Source: an uncultured Verrucomicrobiae bacterium
GTDB lineage: Bacteria > Verrucomicrobiota > Verrucomicrobiia > Limisphaerales > JAFGQR01
Reading direction: 5' to 3'
DNA: 64,000 nt
Assembly: GCA_963788655.1 (NCBI GenBank)
Contig: CAWBHS010000022.1
Span: forward strand, 32,001 to 96,000
Each line of letters starts with the position of its first letter. The first letter of the stretch is position 1. Shown piece after piece: positions 21,806 to 33,663 of this stretch. The notes beneath the pieces are model-generated. The model was not told the origin of the DNA. It saw only the letters and a program-made list of their open reading frames with translations, and did no database searches. The position numbers and the translations under genes are program-made.

Positions 21806-23393
21806 TCAGTGCCGGTAAAGAAACTCTGCGCTGTTGATCAACGCCCAGGCCAGATCCACGACGGCGGCGCGCCCGCGGGCCGGGCCGTATTGGAGATAGT
21901 CCTCCGCGGTCTTCAGTTCCTTTTCCGTCGGGTAACGCGACAGGATGCCCAGATACATCGCTGTGGCGATTTGCCGGGGAGGCTTCCTGCCCTGGGATTG
22001 GAATTTGACCATTGGGCTCTGTTCGAGCTTGCGCTGAATATGACTCGAATTCAGGAGGTGCAACCGCTGGGCGGCGCTGGGACGATTGTTACGCTCGGAT
22101 TCCAGGCCGGTATCGCGCGGCGGCCGGCCAAACAATTCCAGGAACGAACTGGTGATGCTCCCGTCCGCGAGCGCAATCGAGCGTTGGTCCTCGGGAATGA
22201 AGGTGAACGGCTCCGGAATGGCGCTCGAATACTTCTCCGTCGAACCGGTGATCTGATTCAGCGCGTCAATCAATACTTCCGCTGGCAACCGGCGCAACGG
22301 ATAATACGCGAAGTTGGCTGCCGCTTCGGGCCGCTCGGTGGGGGGAATGGATGAAAGCTGGTATGTTTGCGAGTTCAGAATCAATCGATAGAGCGACTTC
22401 AAATCGTAATGGGCCTCTATGAATTCCTTTTCAAGCCACGCCAGCAATTCGGGATTGCTCGGCGGATTGTCCGGCCGGATGTCGTCCGGTTCGTGAATGA
22501 TGCCCCGTCCCAGCAACCAGGACCAGACGCGGTTCACGAGGTTGCGGGTGAACCACGGATTCTTCGGAGTCAATCAGCCAATCGGCAAACACTGCGCGCG
22601 GATCCTGGTCCGGTGACAATTGCGCCGTGGTGCCGTCGGGGAAACGGGCGTTCTTTCCCAGACCGTTGGTGGCCAGACCGGGATCGAAGAATACGATTTC
22701 CTCTTTCCATTCGGCCGTATGCTTGTAGCCGACTTGTGAAAAAAAGGCCGCCATGCCCTCCAGCCGGTCTGGGGGCCAGTTTTCCGCGCGCACACCCATG
22801 AACGTCAAGGCCACGGCCTGCGCGATGCCATCCGGCGTTTTGCTTTGCAGGGCGCGATAGAAGTTGACCGGCGGCACGCGAAAATTGCTGCCACTGGCCG
22901 TGAGCAACTCCCGCACGAAACGGTCGTACGGAACATTTTCCTGGAAGCGGGTGCGGATCCAGCGGTGATACGCCTGCACCGCGTTTGGCCACAGGTTGAT
23001 GGGAAACTCTGCCTTGATCCGTAGCAGATCGCTCCATTTCATCGCCCAGTAATCGGCGAACTCGTCCCGCTCGAGCAGACGATCAATCAACGCCCGGCGT
23101 TTGTCAGGGCTCCGGTCCAAGATGAAGGTTTTCGCCTCGAGCGCAGTCGGCAACGTGCCAATCACGTCCAGAAAGGCGCGGCGCACAAACACGGCGTCGG
23201 AACACAGCGGGGCGGGTGAAAGATCCAATCGCTTTAGTTTGTCGAAAACCAGTTTGTCGATCGGGCTGGAAGGAACCGGCGCCACCCGGCTTTCAAAAGG
23301 ATTGGGCCCGGCAGCGGGTGCCGCGGCGGATGCCTTGGTGCCGACCGGGGCAGTCAGGAGGACGACCGTCAAAATGATGAATGACTTAATCAT
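21806..23393 (-). CDS. DUF1549/DUF1553 domain protein (one frameshift near 22573, probably an assembly error)
   Basis: CSDAVFVRRAFLDVIGTLP, RNLVNRVWSWLLGRGII, PSNPELLAWL and DLAWALINSAEF motifs. The two ORFs join at DWL|TPKNPWF. Confidence 0.88.
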
Positions 23394-23721
23394 GGTGTTC
23401 GATGCCCTATATACTTCGGAACCGGCACGTTTCAAAGGGAATCCTTGGGGGGAACGGGACCGATGCGTTTGGAGCCACCGCACATTGGCAAGCGGTTGGA
23501 GGGCCGTGCGGGGAATTCATCGGCGCTTTGAACCGTAGGGGGGCTTCGACAGAGTACCGCCGGCTTGAGCCAAGCGAATTACGACCGCGACACTTACCGG
23601 AAGAGCATCACGTTCATGGCAGTCTGAACAAAGCGCCAGCTCACCCCATTTTTTGCTCGCCTCCCGCTTCGCGAATAAGCAATCTGCCTGTTAACACCAT
23701 GTAAAACGAGAAAGGCCATTA

Positions 23722-25287
23722 ATGAAGACTTCAAAACTTTTTTCTGGATGTGCGGGCTGCCCCATGAACCGTCGGAATTTCCTTACCCGGGGAACCGCCG
23801 CTGCCGCGGGAGCGTTGGGTTACCTGGCCGCCCCCGGCATGTTGCGCGCCGCCGAGGTCACCGGCAAGACACGGATTCGCGTGGTCTATTCACTGCACGG
23901 TCCGCAACAAGCCGGACCGGACTGGCCGAATAAAGGCTTTGATTTTGTCCCGGCCATGGACCGGATCAACGCGGAACTGGCCAAACGCTGTTCCGGCTTC
24001 GAATTCGTCACGGCGTTGGCCAACGGTCCGGACCAGGCCAAGAAGATTCTCGAAGACGACAAGTCCGCCAACATCGACGGTTACCTGGTTTACCAAATGA
24101 ACTGTTGGAATCGCGTCGTGCAAACGATGGCCACCTCGGGCAAGCCGGTCTTGTATGCCGATTTCCAATTCGGCGGCAGCGGCGGGTTCCTGGTGTACAC
24201 CGCCGGTTTCCTGCGCAGCAAAACGCCGAACGTCGGTTATGTGGCTTCCTCGCGCATTGAAGACTTGGCCGAAGCCGTCAAATGTTTTGCCGCGGTCAAG
24301 CAAGGCGGTTCCGTGGCCGACTTTGTGGCCGCGACCCGGCAAGCACGGCTGAAACGGACGCCCAAGCCAGGCAATCTCGCCTGCGCGGCGGACAATTTGA
24401 AAACTCTGGCGCCCGATGAATGTCTGCGCCGTTTCAAAGAATCCAAGATCCTCGCCGTGCGCGGACAGGAGGCCGGTGACGCTGGAGAAATCATGGGCAT
24501 CAAGGTGGTGAATGTGCCGTTCGCCGAGGTGAACGATGCCTGGAAAGCCGCCGACCAGGACGAATCCCGCGCCGTGGCCGATCGCTGGGAAAAGAACGCT
24601 GCGTCCGTCGTGGACGTCTCTCGCAAAACTTTGGAAACCTCCGCGGCCATGTACGTGGGGATGAAGTCAACCTTGAAGCAGCATGGAGCCAACGCCATCA
24701 CGATCAATTGCCTGGGCGGGTTTTATGGCGGCCATATTCACGCGTATCCGTGTCTGGGCTTTCACGAGTTAAACAACGAAGCGCTGGTGGGCGGTTGCGA
24801 ATGCGACGTGCGTTCGGCGGCCACCATGGTGGCTGGAACGATTCTGACGCAGGGCCGGCCGGGTTACATTTCCGATCCGGTGATTGACACGGCCAAACGC
24901 CAGATCATTTACGCGCATTGCGTGGCGTCGAACAAGGCCTTCGGGCCGCAGGGGCCGTCCAATCCGTTTCATATCATGACGCATTCCGAAGACCGCCAGG
25001 GCGCGTCGGTCCGCTCGATTCTACCGGCCGGGTACCTGACCACCTCGCTGGAATTCGAGCAGAGCCGCAAAGAGATTCTTTTTCACCGCGCCAAAGCGGT
25101 GGGGAATGATCCCGATGACCGTGCCTGCCGCACCAAGCTTTGCGGCGAGCCGATTGGCGACATTGAGAAGCTCTTCACCGAATGGGACCGCTGGGGATGG
25201 CACCGCGTCACCTTCTATGGCGATCTCAAAGAACCCGTCTATGCCCTGGCCGACGCGCTCGGCTGGAAGGTAGTTGAGGAAGCGTAA
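23722..25287 (+). CDS. Tat-exported L-fucose/L-arabinose isomerase-like protein
   Basis: Tat motif NRRNFL, plus AITINCL, YPCLGF, GCECD, YAHC, CRTK and HRVTFYGD motifs of FucI-like proteins. Confidence 0.7.
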   Translation: MKTSKLFSGCAGCPMNRRNFLTRGTAAAAGALGYLAAPGMLRAAEVTGKTRIRVVYSLHGPQQAGPDWPNKGFDFVPAMDRINAELAKRCSGFEFVTALANGPDQAKKILEDDKSANIDGYLVYQMNCWNRVVQTMATSGKPVLYADFQFGGSGGFLVYTAGFLRSKTPNVGYVASSRIEDLAEAVKCFAAVKQGGSVADFVAATRQARLKRTPKPGNLACAADNLKTLAPDECLRRFKESKILAVRGQEAGDAGEIMGIKVVNVPFAEVNDAWKAADQDESRAVADRWEKNAASVVDVSRKTLETSAAMYVGMKSTLKQHGANAITINCLGGFYGGHIHAYPCLGFHELNNEALVGGCECDVRSAATMVAGTILTQGRPGYISDPVIDTAKRQIIYAHCVASNKAFGPQGPSNPFHIMTHSEDRQGASVRSILPAGYLTTSLEFEQSRKEILFHRAKAVGNDPDDRACRTKLCGEPIGDIEKLFTEWDRWGWHRVTFYGDLKEPVYALADALGWKVVEEA

Positions 25288-25369
25288 TTACTTCCGGCTC
25301 CGCGGCACGACTTTACCCGCATGCATCCCATGAAAGGCACAATGCGCGTAAACGCTGGATCGGAAGCTT

Positions 25370-28294
25370 TCACTGGAATGCCTCCATCCCCACGCAGGTG
25401 CAGACCGGGTGACGGTCGCCATATACGTTGTCAATCCGGCCCACCGGCGGCCAGAACTTGTGCGTGTGCAGCCAGGCTACGGGATATGCCGCCTGCTGGC
25501 GGGAATACGGACGTTCCCATTGGTCGGCGGTCACCACCTCCGCCGGGTGCGGCGCGTTCTTGAGCAAGTTGTTCTTCGCGTCCGCTTCGCCGGATTCAAT
25601 GGCCAGAATTTCACCGTGAATGGCGGTCATGGCGTCGCAGAAGCGATCCAGTTCCGCCTTCGATTCGCTCTCAGTCGGCTCGACCATCATTGTGCCCGGC
25701 ACTGGCCACGAAATGGTGGGCGCATGAAATCCGTAATCCATCAGCCGTTTCGCAACGTCCTCGACGGTCACGCTTTTGAACTGCCGCAAATCCAGAATGC
25801 ACTCGTGCGCAACCAGTCCACTCGGGCCTTGGTAGAGCACGGGAAAGAACTGATCGAGCCGGCGCGCGATGTAGTTGGCGTTCAATATCGCCGCCTGCGT
25901 GGCGCGGGTGAGTCCCTTCGGTCCCATCAGACGCAGGTAGATCCATGAGATCGGCAGAATGCTCGGACTGCCCCATGGCGCGGCGGATACCGGTCCAATT
26001 CCTTGTTCACCGCCGGTGTCCACCAACGGATGCGTCGGCAGGAACGCTGCCAGATGCGCGGCCACGCCGATGGGTCCCATGCCGGGACCGCCGCCGCCAT
26101 GCGGGATGCAAAAGGTCTTGTGCAGGTTGACATGACACACGTCAGCGCCCATGTCGCCGGGCCGGCACAAGCCCACTTGCGCGTTGAGGTTGGCACCGTC
26201 CATATACACTTGGCCGCCGTGATTGTGGACGATTCGGCAAATCTCCTTGATTTGTTCTTCGAACACTCCGTGGGTGGACGGGTAAGTGACCATGAGCGCG
26301 CCGAGCTTGGCTGCATGCGTTTCCGTCTTGGCGCGCAAATCGGCGAGGTCAATGTCTCCATTGGCCGCGCACGCGACCGGCACGACGTTGAATCCGGCCA
26401 ACACGGCGCTGGCCGGATTGGTGCCGTGCGCGCTGGTCGGGATCAGACAAACGTCGCGCTGCGGTTCACCGCGGCTCTGATGGTACTTGCGAATGACGAG
26501 CAAGCCCGTTAGTTCGCCTTGCGATCCGGCATTGGGTTGGAGGGACATGGCGGCAAACCCGGTGATTTCCGCGAGCCATTGGGAAAGTTGCTGGAACAGA
26601 GTTTGGTAGCCGCGCGTTTGGCTTGTTGGCGCGAACGGATGAAGCTTCCCAAACTCCGGCCAGGTTACGGGGAGCATCTCGACGGCGGCGTTGAGCTTCA
26701 TGGTGCAGGAGCCGAGCGGAATCATCGAAGTGGTCAGCGACAAGTCGCGCGTTTCGAGCCGGCGAATGTACCGCATCATTTCGGTCTCGGAATGGTATTG
26801 ATGGAAAACCGGGTGTTGGAGAAAGGGCGACTTCCGAACCAGCGGCTCGGGAAAGCCGGTGGCCTTTTCCGCGACCAGGTCCGCCAGCATAAAGGGCGGT
26901 TCCTGATCGCGGTTGAATATGCGGAGCAGTAGGGCAAGATCGTCCTCGGAGGTTGTCTCATCCAACGTAATGCCGAGAGTCTGCTCGTCCACCCTGCGGA
27001 AGTTCACGCGATGGGCTTCAGCAACTTTCACAACCTCGGCAACCGATGGCGAAGCCGGCTGCACCAATATCGTATCGAAGAACGTCTCCGTGAGCACTTG
27101 GCATCCCAATTTTCGCAAGCCCGCCGCCAGCGCCGCGGTCAACAAACAAACGCGGTGGGCGATTTGTTTCAAACCGTCCGGACCGTGATAAACGGCGTAC
27201 ATGGACGCCATGATGGCCAGGAGCACCTGGGCCGTGCAGATATTGCTGGTGGCCTTCTCGCGGCGGATGTGTTGCTCGCGTGTTTGCAGCGCCAAGCGCA
27301 GAGCGGGCCGGCCTTGGGCATCTTTCGAGACGCCCACCAGACGTCCGGGCATCAGGCGTTTGTGGACATCGCGCGTGGCCAGATACGCGGCATGCGGACC
27401 GCCATAGCCCAGCGGCACGCCGAAACGCTGCGCACTGCCCACGGCCACGTCGGCGCCCCATTCGCCGGGCGGACTGAGCAGGGTCAACGCCAGCAAGTCG
27501 GCGGCAACGATCACCAGGGCATCGTGGGCGTGGGCTTGTTCGGCGAACTGGCGATAGTCGTGAACCTCGCCGTTCGTAGCGGGATATTGCACCAGCACCG
27601 CAAACACCTTTTCTCCGAACTCGAACGCTTCATGGTTGCCCACAATCACCCGCACGCCCTGGGCTTCGGCGCGCGTGCATACCACAGCAATCGTTTGGGG
27701 ATGGCAATTGTCCGAAATCCAAAACGCGCGAGTCGGATCGCGCCCTTTCAGCGCGTGGCACATCGCCATGGCCTCGGCGGCGGCGGTGGCTTCATCGAGC
27801 AGGGAGGCATTGGCGATGGCCAGCCCGGTGAGATCACAAATCATGGTTTGGAAATTGAGCAGCGCTTCCAGGCGGCCCTGGGAGATTTCCGCCTGGTACG
27901 GGGTGTATTGGGTGTACCAGCCCGGATTTTCCAAAATGTTCCGTTGGATGACCGGCGGCGTGATGCAGTCGTGATAGCCAAGACCGATGAAGGACCGAAA
28001 CAACTGGTTCTGACTCGCGAGGGATTGCAACTCATTCAGGACCGCGAACTCGGATGTGGCGGGCGGAAGGTTCAGCGATTGGCGCCGGTGAATTGATTTC
28101 GGCACCGCGGCTTCAGCCAGCGCCTCGAGACTGGCGAACCCAAGCGTTTCGAGCATTTGCTGCAACTCGGCGGCTTGCGGTCCGATATGACGGCGCACAA
28201 ACGAGTCCGTGTCGGCGAACGCAGTTGGGGCATCGTTCGCCGAAGGACCCGGACCGGGTGGGGTTTGGATAGACGGTTCAGACGGTTCAGACAT
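25370..28294 (-). CDS. gcvP: Glycine dehydrogenase (decarboxylating), P protein
   Basis: [40 protein letters not shown] and PLP-lysine motif [16 protein letters not shown]. Confidence 0.98.
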   Translation of the reverse strand: MSEPSEPSIQTPPGPGPSANDAPTAFADTDSFVRRHIGPQAAELQQMLETLGFASLEALAEAAVPKSIHRRQSLNLPPATSEFAVLNELQSLASQNQLFRSFIGLGYHDCITPPVIQRNILENPGWYTQYTPYQAEISQGRLEALLNFQTMICDLTGLAIANASLLDEATAAAEAMAMCHALKGRDPTRAFWISDNCHPQTIAVVCTRAEAQGVRVIVGNHEAFEFGEKVFAVLVQYPATNGEVHDYRQFAEQAHAHDALVIVAADLLALTLLSPPGEWGADVAVGSAQRFGVPLGYGGPHAAYLATRDVHKRLMPGRLVGVSKDAQGRPALRLALQTREQHIRREKATSNICTAQVLLAIMASMYAVYHGPDGLKQIAHRVCLLTAALAAGLRKLGCQVLTETFFDTILVQPASPSVAEVVKVAEAHRVNFRRVDEQTLGITLDETTSEDDLALLLRIFNRDQEPPFMLADLVAEKATGFPEPLVRKSPFLQHPVFHQYHSETEMMRYIRRLETRDLSLTTSMIPLGSCTMKLNAAVEMLPVTWPEFGKLHPFAPTSQTRGYQTLFQQLSQWLAEITGFAAMSLQPNAGSQGELTGLLVIRKYHQSRGEPQRDVCLIPTSAHGTNPASAVLAGFNVVPVACAANGDIDLADLRAKTETHAAKLGALMVTYPSTHGVFEEQIKEICRIVHNHGGQVYMDGANLNAQVGLCRPGDMGADVCHVNLHKTFCIPHGGGGPGMGPIGVAAHLAAFLPTHPLVDTGGEQGIGPVSAAPWGSPSILPISWIYLRLMGPKGLTRATQAAILNANYIARRLDQFFPVLYQGPSGLVAHECILDLRQFKSVTVEDVAKRLMDYGFHAPTISWPVPGTMMVEPTESESKAELDRFCDAMTAIHGEILAIESGEADAKNNLLKNAPHPAEVVTADQWERPYSRQQAAYPVAWLHTHKFWPPVGRIDNVYGDRHPVCTCVGMEAFQ

Positions 28295-28300
28295 GCGGCG

Positions 28301-28328
28301 AAGCTAAGGAGCTGGACCATCATTTCAA
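28301..28328 (-). promoter_or_regulatory. Putative sigma70 promoter of gcvP, possibly leaderless
   Basis: TTGAAA-16nt-TAGCTT-6nt-ATG on the minus strand, with no Shine-Dalgarno. Confidence 0.45.
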
Positions 28329-28717
28329 GCCGGAAAGCGAGCGTGCGAACAAGGGCGCGCCTCATTGGCTGCCGGCCCAGTCAAACGATTCCCGTAGGTC
28401 GAAAACGCATCGGCAAGAATGTCATCGCCGACAGTTGCCGCCAATGCGGGCCGGCGCGGACGGCCCTTTGAACGCGCGCGTCGCCGCGGAAGCGAATGTT
28501 AGGATCAGCCCGTTTCATCATCGTTTTCGACTGAGCTAACGGCAGGCGGGTTTCGGTTGTCCCGTTTCGAGACACTTCGCCGCGTTGAGTGGGAAAATGA
28601 CTTGCTTTGAGACACTCCGGCGAGTCGGAGGCCGCTACCGGGAAATCTCGACTTGAGCGCGAACCCGCGGCGGCTCTCCTTGGCATTTGTTCTGCTGGAC
28701 AGACCGAAGGTTTTATT

Positions 28718-29794
28718 ATGGGTTTGCCATTTATCAGCCGAAAGTCCCGCAAGCGCGATCAAATCGTCGCCATTGACCTGGGTGGCCGTGTCACCAAGGC
28801 GGTACACGTGCAGCGCAAAGGCGACCGCTTGACTCTGACGAACTTTGCTGTCCTGGAAAGTCCGGCCAGTGACAAAGCGGTTTCGGCCGAACTGCTGGCC
28901 GACCATTTGCGCAATATCAGCAAGGCTCTCGGCGCCGGGCGGGCGCGACCGGTCGCGCTGGCCATTGGCGTGAACGACACTCTGTTCCGACAGATTGAAG
29001 CACCGCTGATGCCGGTGGCTGATTTGCGGCAGATGCTCAAGTTCAATGCCAAGACCTACCTGCAGCAGGATCTGCCGAATTACATCTACGACTGCTACTT
29101 TGCCCCGCCCAAACCCGGCGGCCGACAAGGAGACGGCCCCAAGTCGGCCGGAGGACCACCCAAGAACAAGGTGATGGTGGGCGGCATCAAGCGGGAAATG
29201 CTCAATACCTTGCAGGCCGCCATTCGCGGTGCGGGCCTGGTGGCCGATCAGGTCGTTCCCGGCGTTATCGGTCCCAGCAATGCTTTCGAGCACGCCGAAC
29301 CGGAGCTCTTTCTCTCCGAGCCCGTGGCTCTGGTGGACATTGGTTTCAAGAATACCACCATCACGGTGCTGGACGGCGGGGAGATCGCGTTGAACCGCGT
29401 GGTCGGCATCGGCGGGGATAAGCTGACGCACGGCTTGTCGGAAGCGATGAACATCAGCTATCTGGAAGCCGAAAACATCAAAGTGGGAATGCCGGGGGAA
29501 GTGCAAGGGGAGTTGGAACCTTTGATTCATCCGCTGGGCCGTGAACTGCGCGCGTCGCTGGATTTCTACGAGCATCAGCAGGACAAGACCATTGGCAATG
29601 TCTATATTTCCGGCGGCACCGCCCGCAGTGAGTTCCTCCTGCAAGCGCTGCAAAATGAATTGATGGTGCCGTGCAAGAGTTGGAACCCGGCCAAGAACCT
29701 GCAACTATCGCTCCCCGCCGACCGGTTGGGGGAAATCGAGCAAGTGGCCCCGCAACTCACGGTGGCCATCGGCACGGCCACGGCTGCCTTATAA
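28718..29794 (+). CDS. pilM: Type IV pilus assembly protein PilM (actin-like fold)
   Basis: VAIDLGG, ALVDIGFKNTTI, GIGGDKLT, ELRASLDFYE, VYISGGTA and VAIGTA motifs. Confidence 0.9.
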   Translation: MGLPFISRKSRKRDQIVAIDLGGRVTKAVHVQRKGDRLTLTNFAVLESPASDKAVSAELLADHLRNISKALGAGRARPVALAIGVNDTLFRQIEAPLMPVADLRQMLKFNAKTYLQQDLPNYIYDCYFAPPKPGGRQGDGPKSAGGPPKNKVMVGGIKREMLNTLQAAIRGAGLVADQVVPGVIGPSNAFEHAEPELFLSEPVALVDIGFKNTTITVLDGGEIALNRVVGIGGDKLTHGLSEAMNISYLEAENIKVGMPGEVQGELEPLIHPLGRELRASLDFYEHQQDKTIGNVYISGGTARSEFLLQALQNELMVPCKSWNPAKNLQLSLPADRLGEIEQVAPQLTVAIGTATAAL

Positions 29795-29799
29795 GTCTT

Positions 29800-30480
29800 A
29801 TGCCCATTCGCATCAATCTCCTCGCCGAACATCACGCCCTGGAAGAAGAGCGGCGGCGTGACCCCGTCAAGCGCGCCTATCTGGCCGCCGGGCTGATTCT
29901 GTCCCTGGTCTTGCTCTGGAGCGGGCTGCTGAAGTTCCAAATCATGTCCTCGCAAGGGGAACTCGATGGCCTTAAAGCCCAATGGGGTACCATGAAGACC
30001 AGCTACGAGCGCGCGAAAGAGCAGCAAATGAAGGTGATTGCCGCCGAACAGAAACTGAATGCGCTGCAAACGCTGGTGACCAACCGGTTTCGCTGGGGCA
30101 CGACGCTGAACGCCTTGCAAAACACCGTGGTCGGCGTGGCGGATATCCGCGTGGTCCATTTGAAATGCGCGCAGACCTACTCCCGCAGTGAGGAAGTCAA
30201 GAGCACCACCAAGAACGGGGTGACCATTCCGGCAAAACCGGCGCTGGCCACCGAACGCATCTCCCTGTTGATCGACGCCATCGATTCCAGTGCCCAGCCG
30301 GGCGGCAACGTGAACAAGTTCAAGGAAACCATCAGCCAAGTGCCTTATTTCAAGGAGAACCTGAAGCAGACCAACGGCGTCCTGTTAACCAGCCTCTCTG
30401 CGCCGCAAGTCGCTCCCAACGGCCGCCAGCCATTCGTCACTTTCTCGATCCAGTGTTATTTCCCGGAAAAGGTGCGCTAG
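29800..30480 (+). CDS. pilN: PilN-like protein
   Basis: N-terminal RINLL PilM-binding motif, TM, coiled coil and NRFRWGTTL. Directly follows pilM. Confidence 0.75.
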   Translation: MPIRINLLAEHHALEEERRRDPVKRAYLAAGLILSLVLLWSGLLKFQIMSSQGELDGLKAQWGTMKTSYERAKEQQMKVIAAEQKLNALQTLVTNRFRWGTTLNALQNTVVGVADIRVVHLKCAQTYSRSEEVKSTTKNGVTIPAKPALATERISLLIDAIDSSAQPGGNVNKFKETISQVPYFKENLKQTNGVLLTSLSAPQVAPNGRQPFVTFSIQCYFPEKVR

Positions 30481-30481
30481 C

Positions 30482-31084
30482 ATGAAGAAACTGAGCAAAG
30501 AAAAACGTGAACGGATCATCCTGGTGGGGCTGGGCACCCTGATTGCCCTGATCGCGTTGTGGTATGGCTTGATCAGTTCGCAAAAACAATCCATCCGGAA
30601 AATCGCCAAAGACGTAAAGGAAGAACACGACTCCGTCGGCAACGCCCAGCGTCTGGTCAGTTCCGCCGACCAGATCCAGAGCAACCTCGAAACGGTGACC
30701 CGTCGGCTCAAAGCCATGGAGGCGGACATGGCCTCGGGCGACAAGTATTCCTGGATCATCCAAACCTTGAACAACTTCCTCGTCACGCACGGTTATCGCG
30801 ATACCCACAAAGTGGACATCCCCCAATTCAGCCGTGAGGTGCCTTCGGAGGTTGGTTTGTTTACCGACTTTCCGTACAGCGCGGTCGTTTTTACGGTGCG
30901 TGGCACCGCCTATTACCACGACTTTGGTAAATTTATAGCCGATTTCGAAAACAGTTTTCCCTTCCTCCGAGTGCAAAACATTGACCTGGATCCCGCCACT
31001 TCGAGCAGCGCCACGAATGCCGGTGATCCCGAAAAACTGACTTTCAAGATGGAAATTGTGGCGCTGGTGAACCCGGGACGTTGA
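30482..31084 (+). CDS. pilO: PilO-like protein
   Basis: N-terminal TM, coiled coil and GTAYYHDFGKFIADFEN, matching the PilO pattern G.YH..G.F...E. Confidence 0.75.
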   Translation: MKKLSKEKRERIILVGLGTLIALIALWYGLISSQKQSIRKIAKDVKEEHDSVGNAQRLVSSADQIQSNLETVTRRLKAMEADMASGDKYSWIIQTLNNFLVTHGYRDTHKVDIPQFSREVPSEVGLFTDFPYSAVVFTVRGTAYYHDFGKFIADFENSFPFLRVQNIDLDPATSSSATNAGDPEKLTFKMEIVALVNPGR

Positions 31085-31102
31085 TGCCACCAATCCGTGA
31101 TT

Positions 31103-31678
31103 ATGCATTCGCCTAACCAAGCTCGATTGAATCTCCGTCAGCCGCTTCCGAACCGGTCCTGGCCCCGCGGCCTCAGTCTGCGCACGACATTGGTGAGCGC
31201 CATCTTGGCCTTCACGTTCGCACCCTGGGCCGGGGCCGCGCAGCCCGAACGTCCCACCGCGCCCGCCGCGCCCACCGCGCCCACCGCGCCCACCCCGGCG
31301 CCTCAAGCGCAACCGACGACCAAGCCGGAAAAAGAGTATCTGCGCGACTTGGTGCTGATCCCCTCGGAATTCGATGACAGCCAGCCGTGCGGCAAAGATC
31401 CCTTTTTTCCCAAGTCCGAGCGCACGTGCAAAACCAAACAGTCGTCCACTCCGCGGCCCAGTCTGCTCACCACGCTGAAGCTTAGAGGATTATCCCGTTC
31501 GCCCACGCAGCGCATGGTGCTGATCAACAAGTACACCCTCGCCGAAGGGGAAGAACGGGAGATCCGGGTCGATGATCAGGTCCATAAATTGGGCTGTGTT
31601 GAGGTCCGGGAAAAATCGGTTCTGATCAGTATTGACGGCCAACCAATGGAACTCTTCCTTCCCGCCGATCTATTTTAG
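31103..31678 (+). CDS. PilP/GspC-like periplasmic protein
   Basis: Signal/TM, Pro-rich linker, KDPFFP and LKLRGLS...MVLIN. Lies between pilO and the secretin. Confidence 0.6.
   Translation: MHSPNQARLNLRQPLPNRSWPRGLSLRTTLVSAILAFTFAPWAGAAQPERPTAPAAPTAPTAPTPAPQAQPTTKPEKEYLRDLVLIPSEFDDSQPCGKDPFFPKSERTCKTKQSSTPRPSLLTTLKLRGLSRSPTQRMVLINKYTLAEGEEREIRVDDQVHKLGCVEVREKSVLISIDGQPMELFLPADLF
31253..31297 (+). repeat. 9-bp tandem repeat encoding PTA-PAA-PTA-PTA-PTP
   Basis: (cccaccgcg)-type units, five copies, two of them with one substitution. Confidence 0.8.
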
Positions 31679-31732
31679 TTTATTCTCGAGCGCCACATCT
31701 CCATCCAAACCACCAGTACCAATCGTGACTTT

Positions 31733-33450
31733 ATGAAAGCAAAACTCCACGCCTTGATCTTTGGGCTCCTGGCTTGCGGGCTGACGAGCCTGGCCCAGAA
31801 CGACATTCCTTCGCCGACCGACGCGTCGCCGCCGCCGGCGCGGGAGATCACGCCGCCGGCCGATCCGCCGGCGCCGCCCGCCATCGAACCGGGGCTTCCA
31901 CCTCAGGACGCCCCACCGGCCGTTCCCGAGGCCACGCCGGACACGGCCCCGCTGAATTCGGCGCCGGCTTCGGACCACGCCGCCGCGCCGCCGCCGACCG
32001 CCGTGCCGTTGCCCGGCGGAGCGCTCCCCGTGCGGGCCGCCGAAGTGGATCCGGCCACCGCGGAGTCGGACGCGGCCAAGGCGGATCCCGCCGGCCATCG
32101 ATGGACGACGTCGTGCCGTTGATCTTGATTGAAGAGGTTCCGTTGACCGATGCCATTCGCAACCTGGCGCGGCAGTCGGACCTCAACTTCATGTTCGATC
32201 CCCAGATCACCATGACCAACCAGCCCAACATTTCCATTCGGTTTGAAAACGTCACCGCGCAAGAGGCGCTCCTGGCCGTGCTGGACAACCACAACCTCAG
32301 CCTGATCCAGGAACCCAAGTCCAAAATCGCGCGCATTGCCATCAAGGATCCGAAAGCCGAAGATCCGCTGTTCGTCAAAGTCATTCAGCTCAAGTACTGT
32401 GATCCCACCAACTTGGTCGATGTCATCAAACCCACTTTGTCCACGCGCAGTAAAGTGCTGGCCGACCCGCGCACGCGCCAACTGATTGTCTCGACCACCG
32501 AAAAGGAAATGGACGGCCTGGTGTCCTTGATCGACAAACTGGACGGACGCACCAAGCAGGTGCTGATCGAGGCGCGTATTCTGGAAACGTCGATGAATCC
32601 CCAAACGGTCAAGGGCATCGATTGGTCCGGAACTTTTTCCGCGCAGAACTTTACGTTCGGCAATAACCTTCGACAACCCACGGCATCTGAGAGCTTAAAT
32701 CCAATCAACCATGATTTGTCCGCTGGGATTCCGAAGCTCATTGCCAGCTCGGGTGGCGGCTTCACCCCCTCGACTGCTTTCCTCAACGCGGATGGCGTTA
32801 AAGCTGTCCTCTCGTTCTTAAACAGTGATTCGGACACCGAAGTGCTCGCCACCCCTCGAGCGGTGACCCTGGACAATCAACCGGCGACGTTGGAAGTGAC
32901 GCGCGCGTTTCCGATTTTCCAAATTACTCCCGGATCAGCGAATTCACCGGCGGGCGCCACGATCAACTACACCAACCTCGGAACCATCTTGACGGTCACG
33001 CCGCGCATTGCGGCGGACAACAATGTTTCTATGACGGTGGTGCCCGAAGTTTCCAATATTGACGGCAAAGACGAGCAGACGATCAACGGGCAACAAAACG
33101 TGGCCAACATCTACGCCATCCGGCGGATCGAAACGCGGGTCATGATTCCCAGCGGCCATACGTTGGTGATGGGTGGTTTGGTCAGCGACGGTTCCACCAA
33201 AGCGTACACGAAAGTACCGGTTTTGGGAGACCTGCCGATCATCGGCCTGGCCTTCCGTCACGAGAGCAAAGAGCGCAAGCAGCAGAACATGATCATTTTT
33301 GTTACTCCGACCATTGTGGAAGACGATGCCTTCCAAGTGGCCAGTACCGGCAAGGAGTTTATGCGCACCAAGTTCGTCGAACCGCCCGAGGTCGAAATGA
33401 ACGCGTGGGACAGCGCCAAGCCGCACGATTGGACCAAGCCGGTGGAATAG
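31733..33450 (+). CDS. Secretin (PilQ/GspD family), frameshift near 32095 probably an assembly error
   Basis: Signal peptide and Pro-rich N-terminus in one frame. KQVLIEARILE, VLATPR, LTVTPRI and KVPVLGDLPIIGLAF...IIFVTPTIV lie in the next frame. Confidence 0.9.
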
Positions 33451-33487
33451 TTTCCCCCAAAACACTACTCGATCTGTTCTGCGCGTC

Positions 33488-33515
33488 AGCCGCCTCCTTG
33501 GGGAGGCGGCTTTCC
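33488..33515 (+). terminator. Hairpin after the secretin, probable terminator
   Basis: agccgcctcc-ttgg-ggaggcggct, a 10-bp stem with only a short T tract. Confidence 0.55.
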
Positions 33516-33663
33516 GCTTGGAAACAAGGCTTGGTTTTCCCAGCGGCGCACCGTAGTTTTTTCGGTCGCAGCAGAACGCCGGTTGGCGTGCTCGCCTCCA
33601 ATCAAGTTTCCAGGTGCCGGAGGCGGCCAGCGGCGAACATTGATGAACGAACGAAGGGCAACC

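Noticed and set aside
28295..28700. Glycine riboswitch upstream of gcvP
   Set aside because: No GGAGA/CCGAAG/CTCTCAGG-type aptamer motifs seen, and a promoter-like element lies directly before the ATG.
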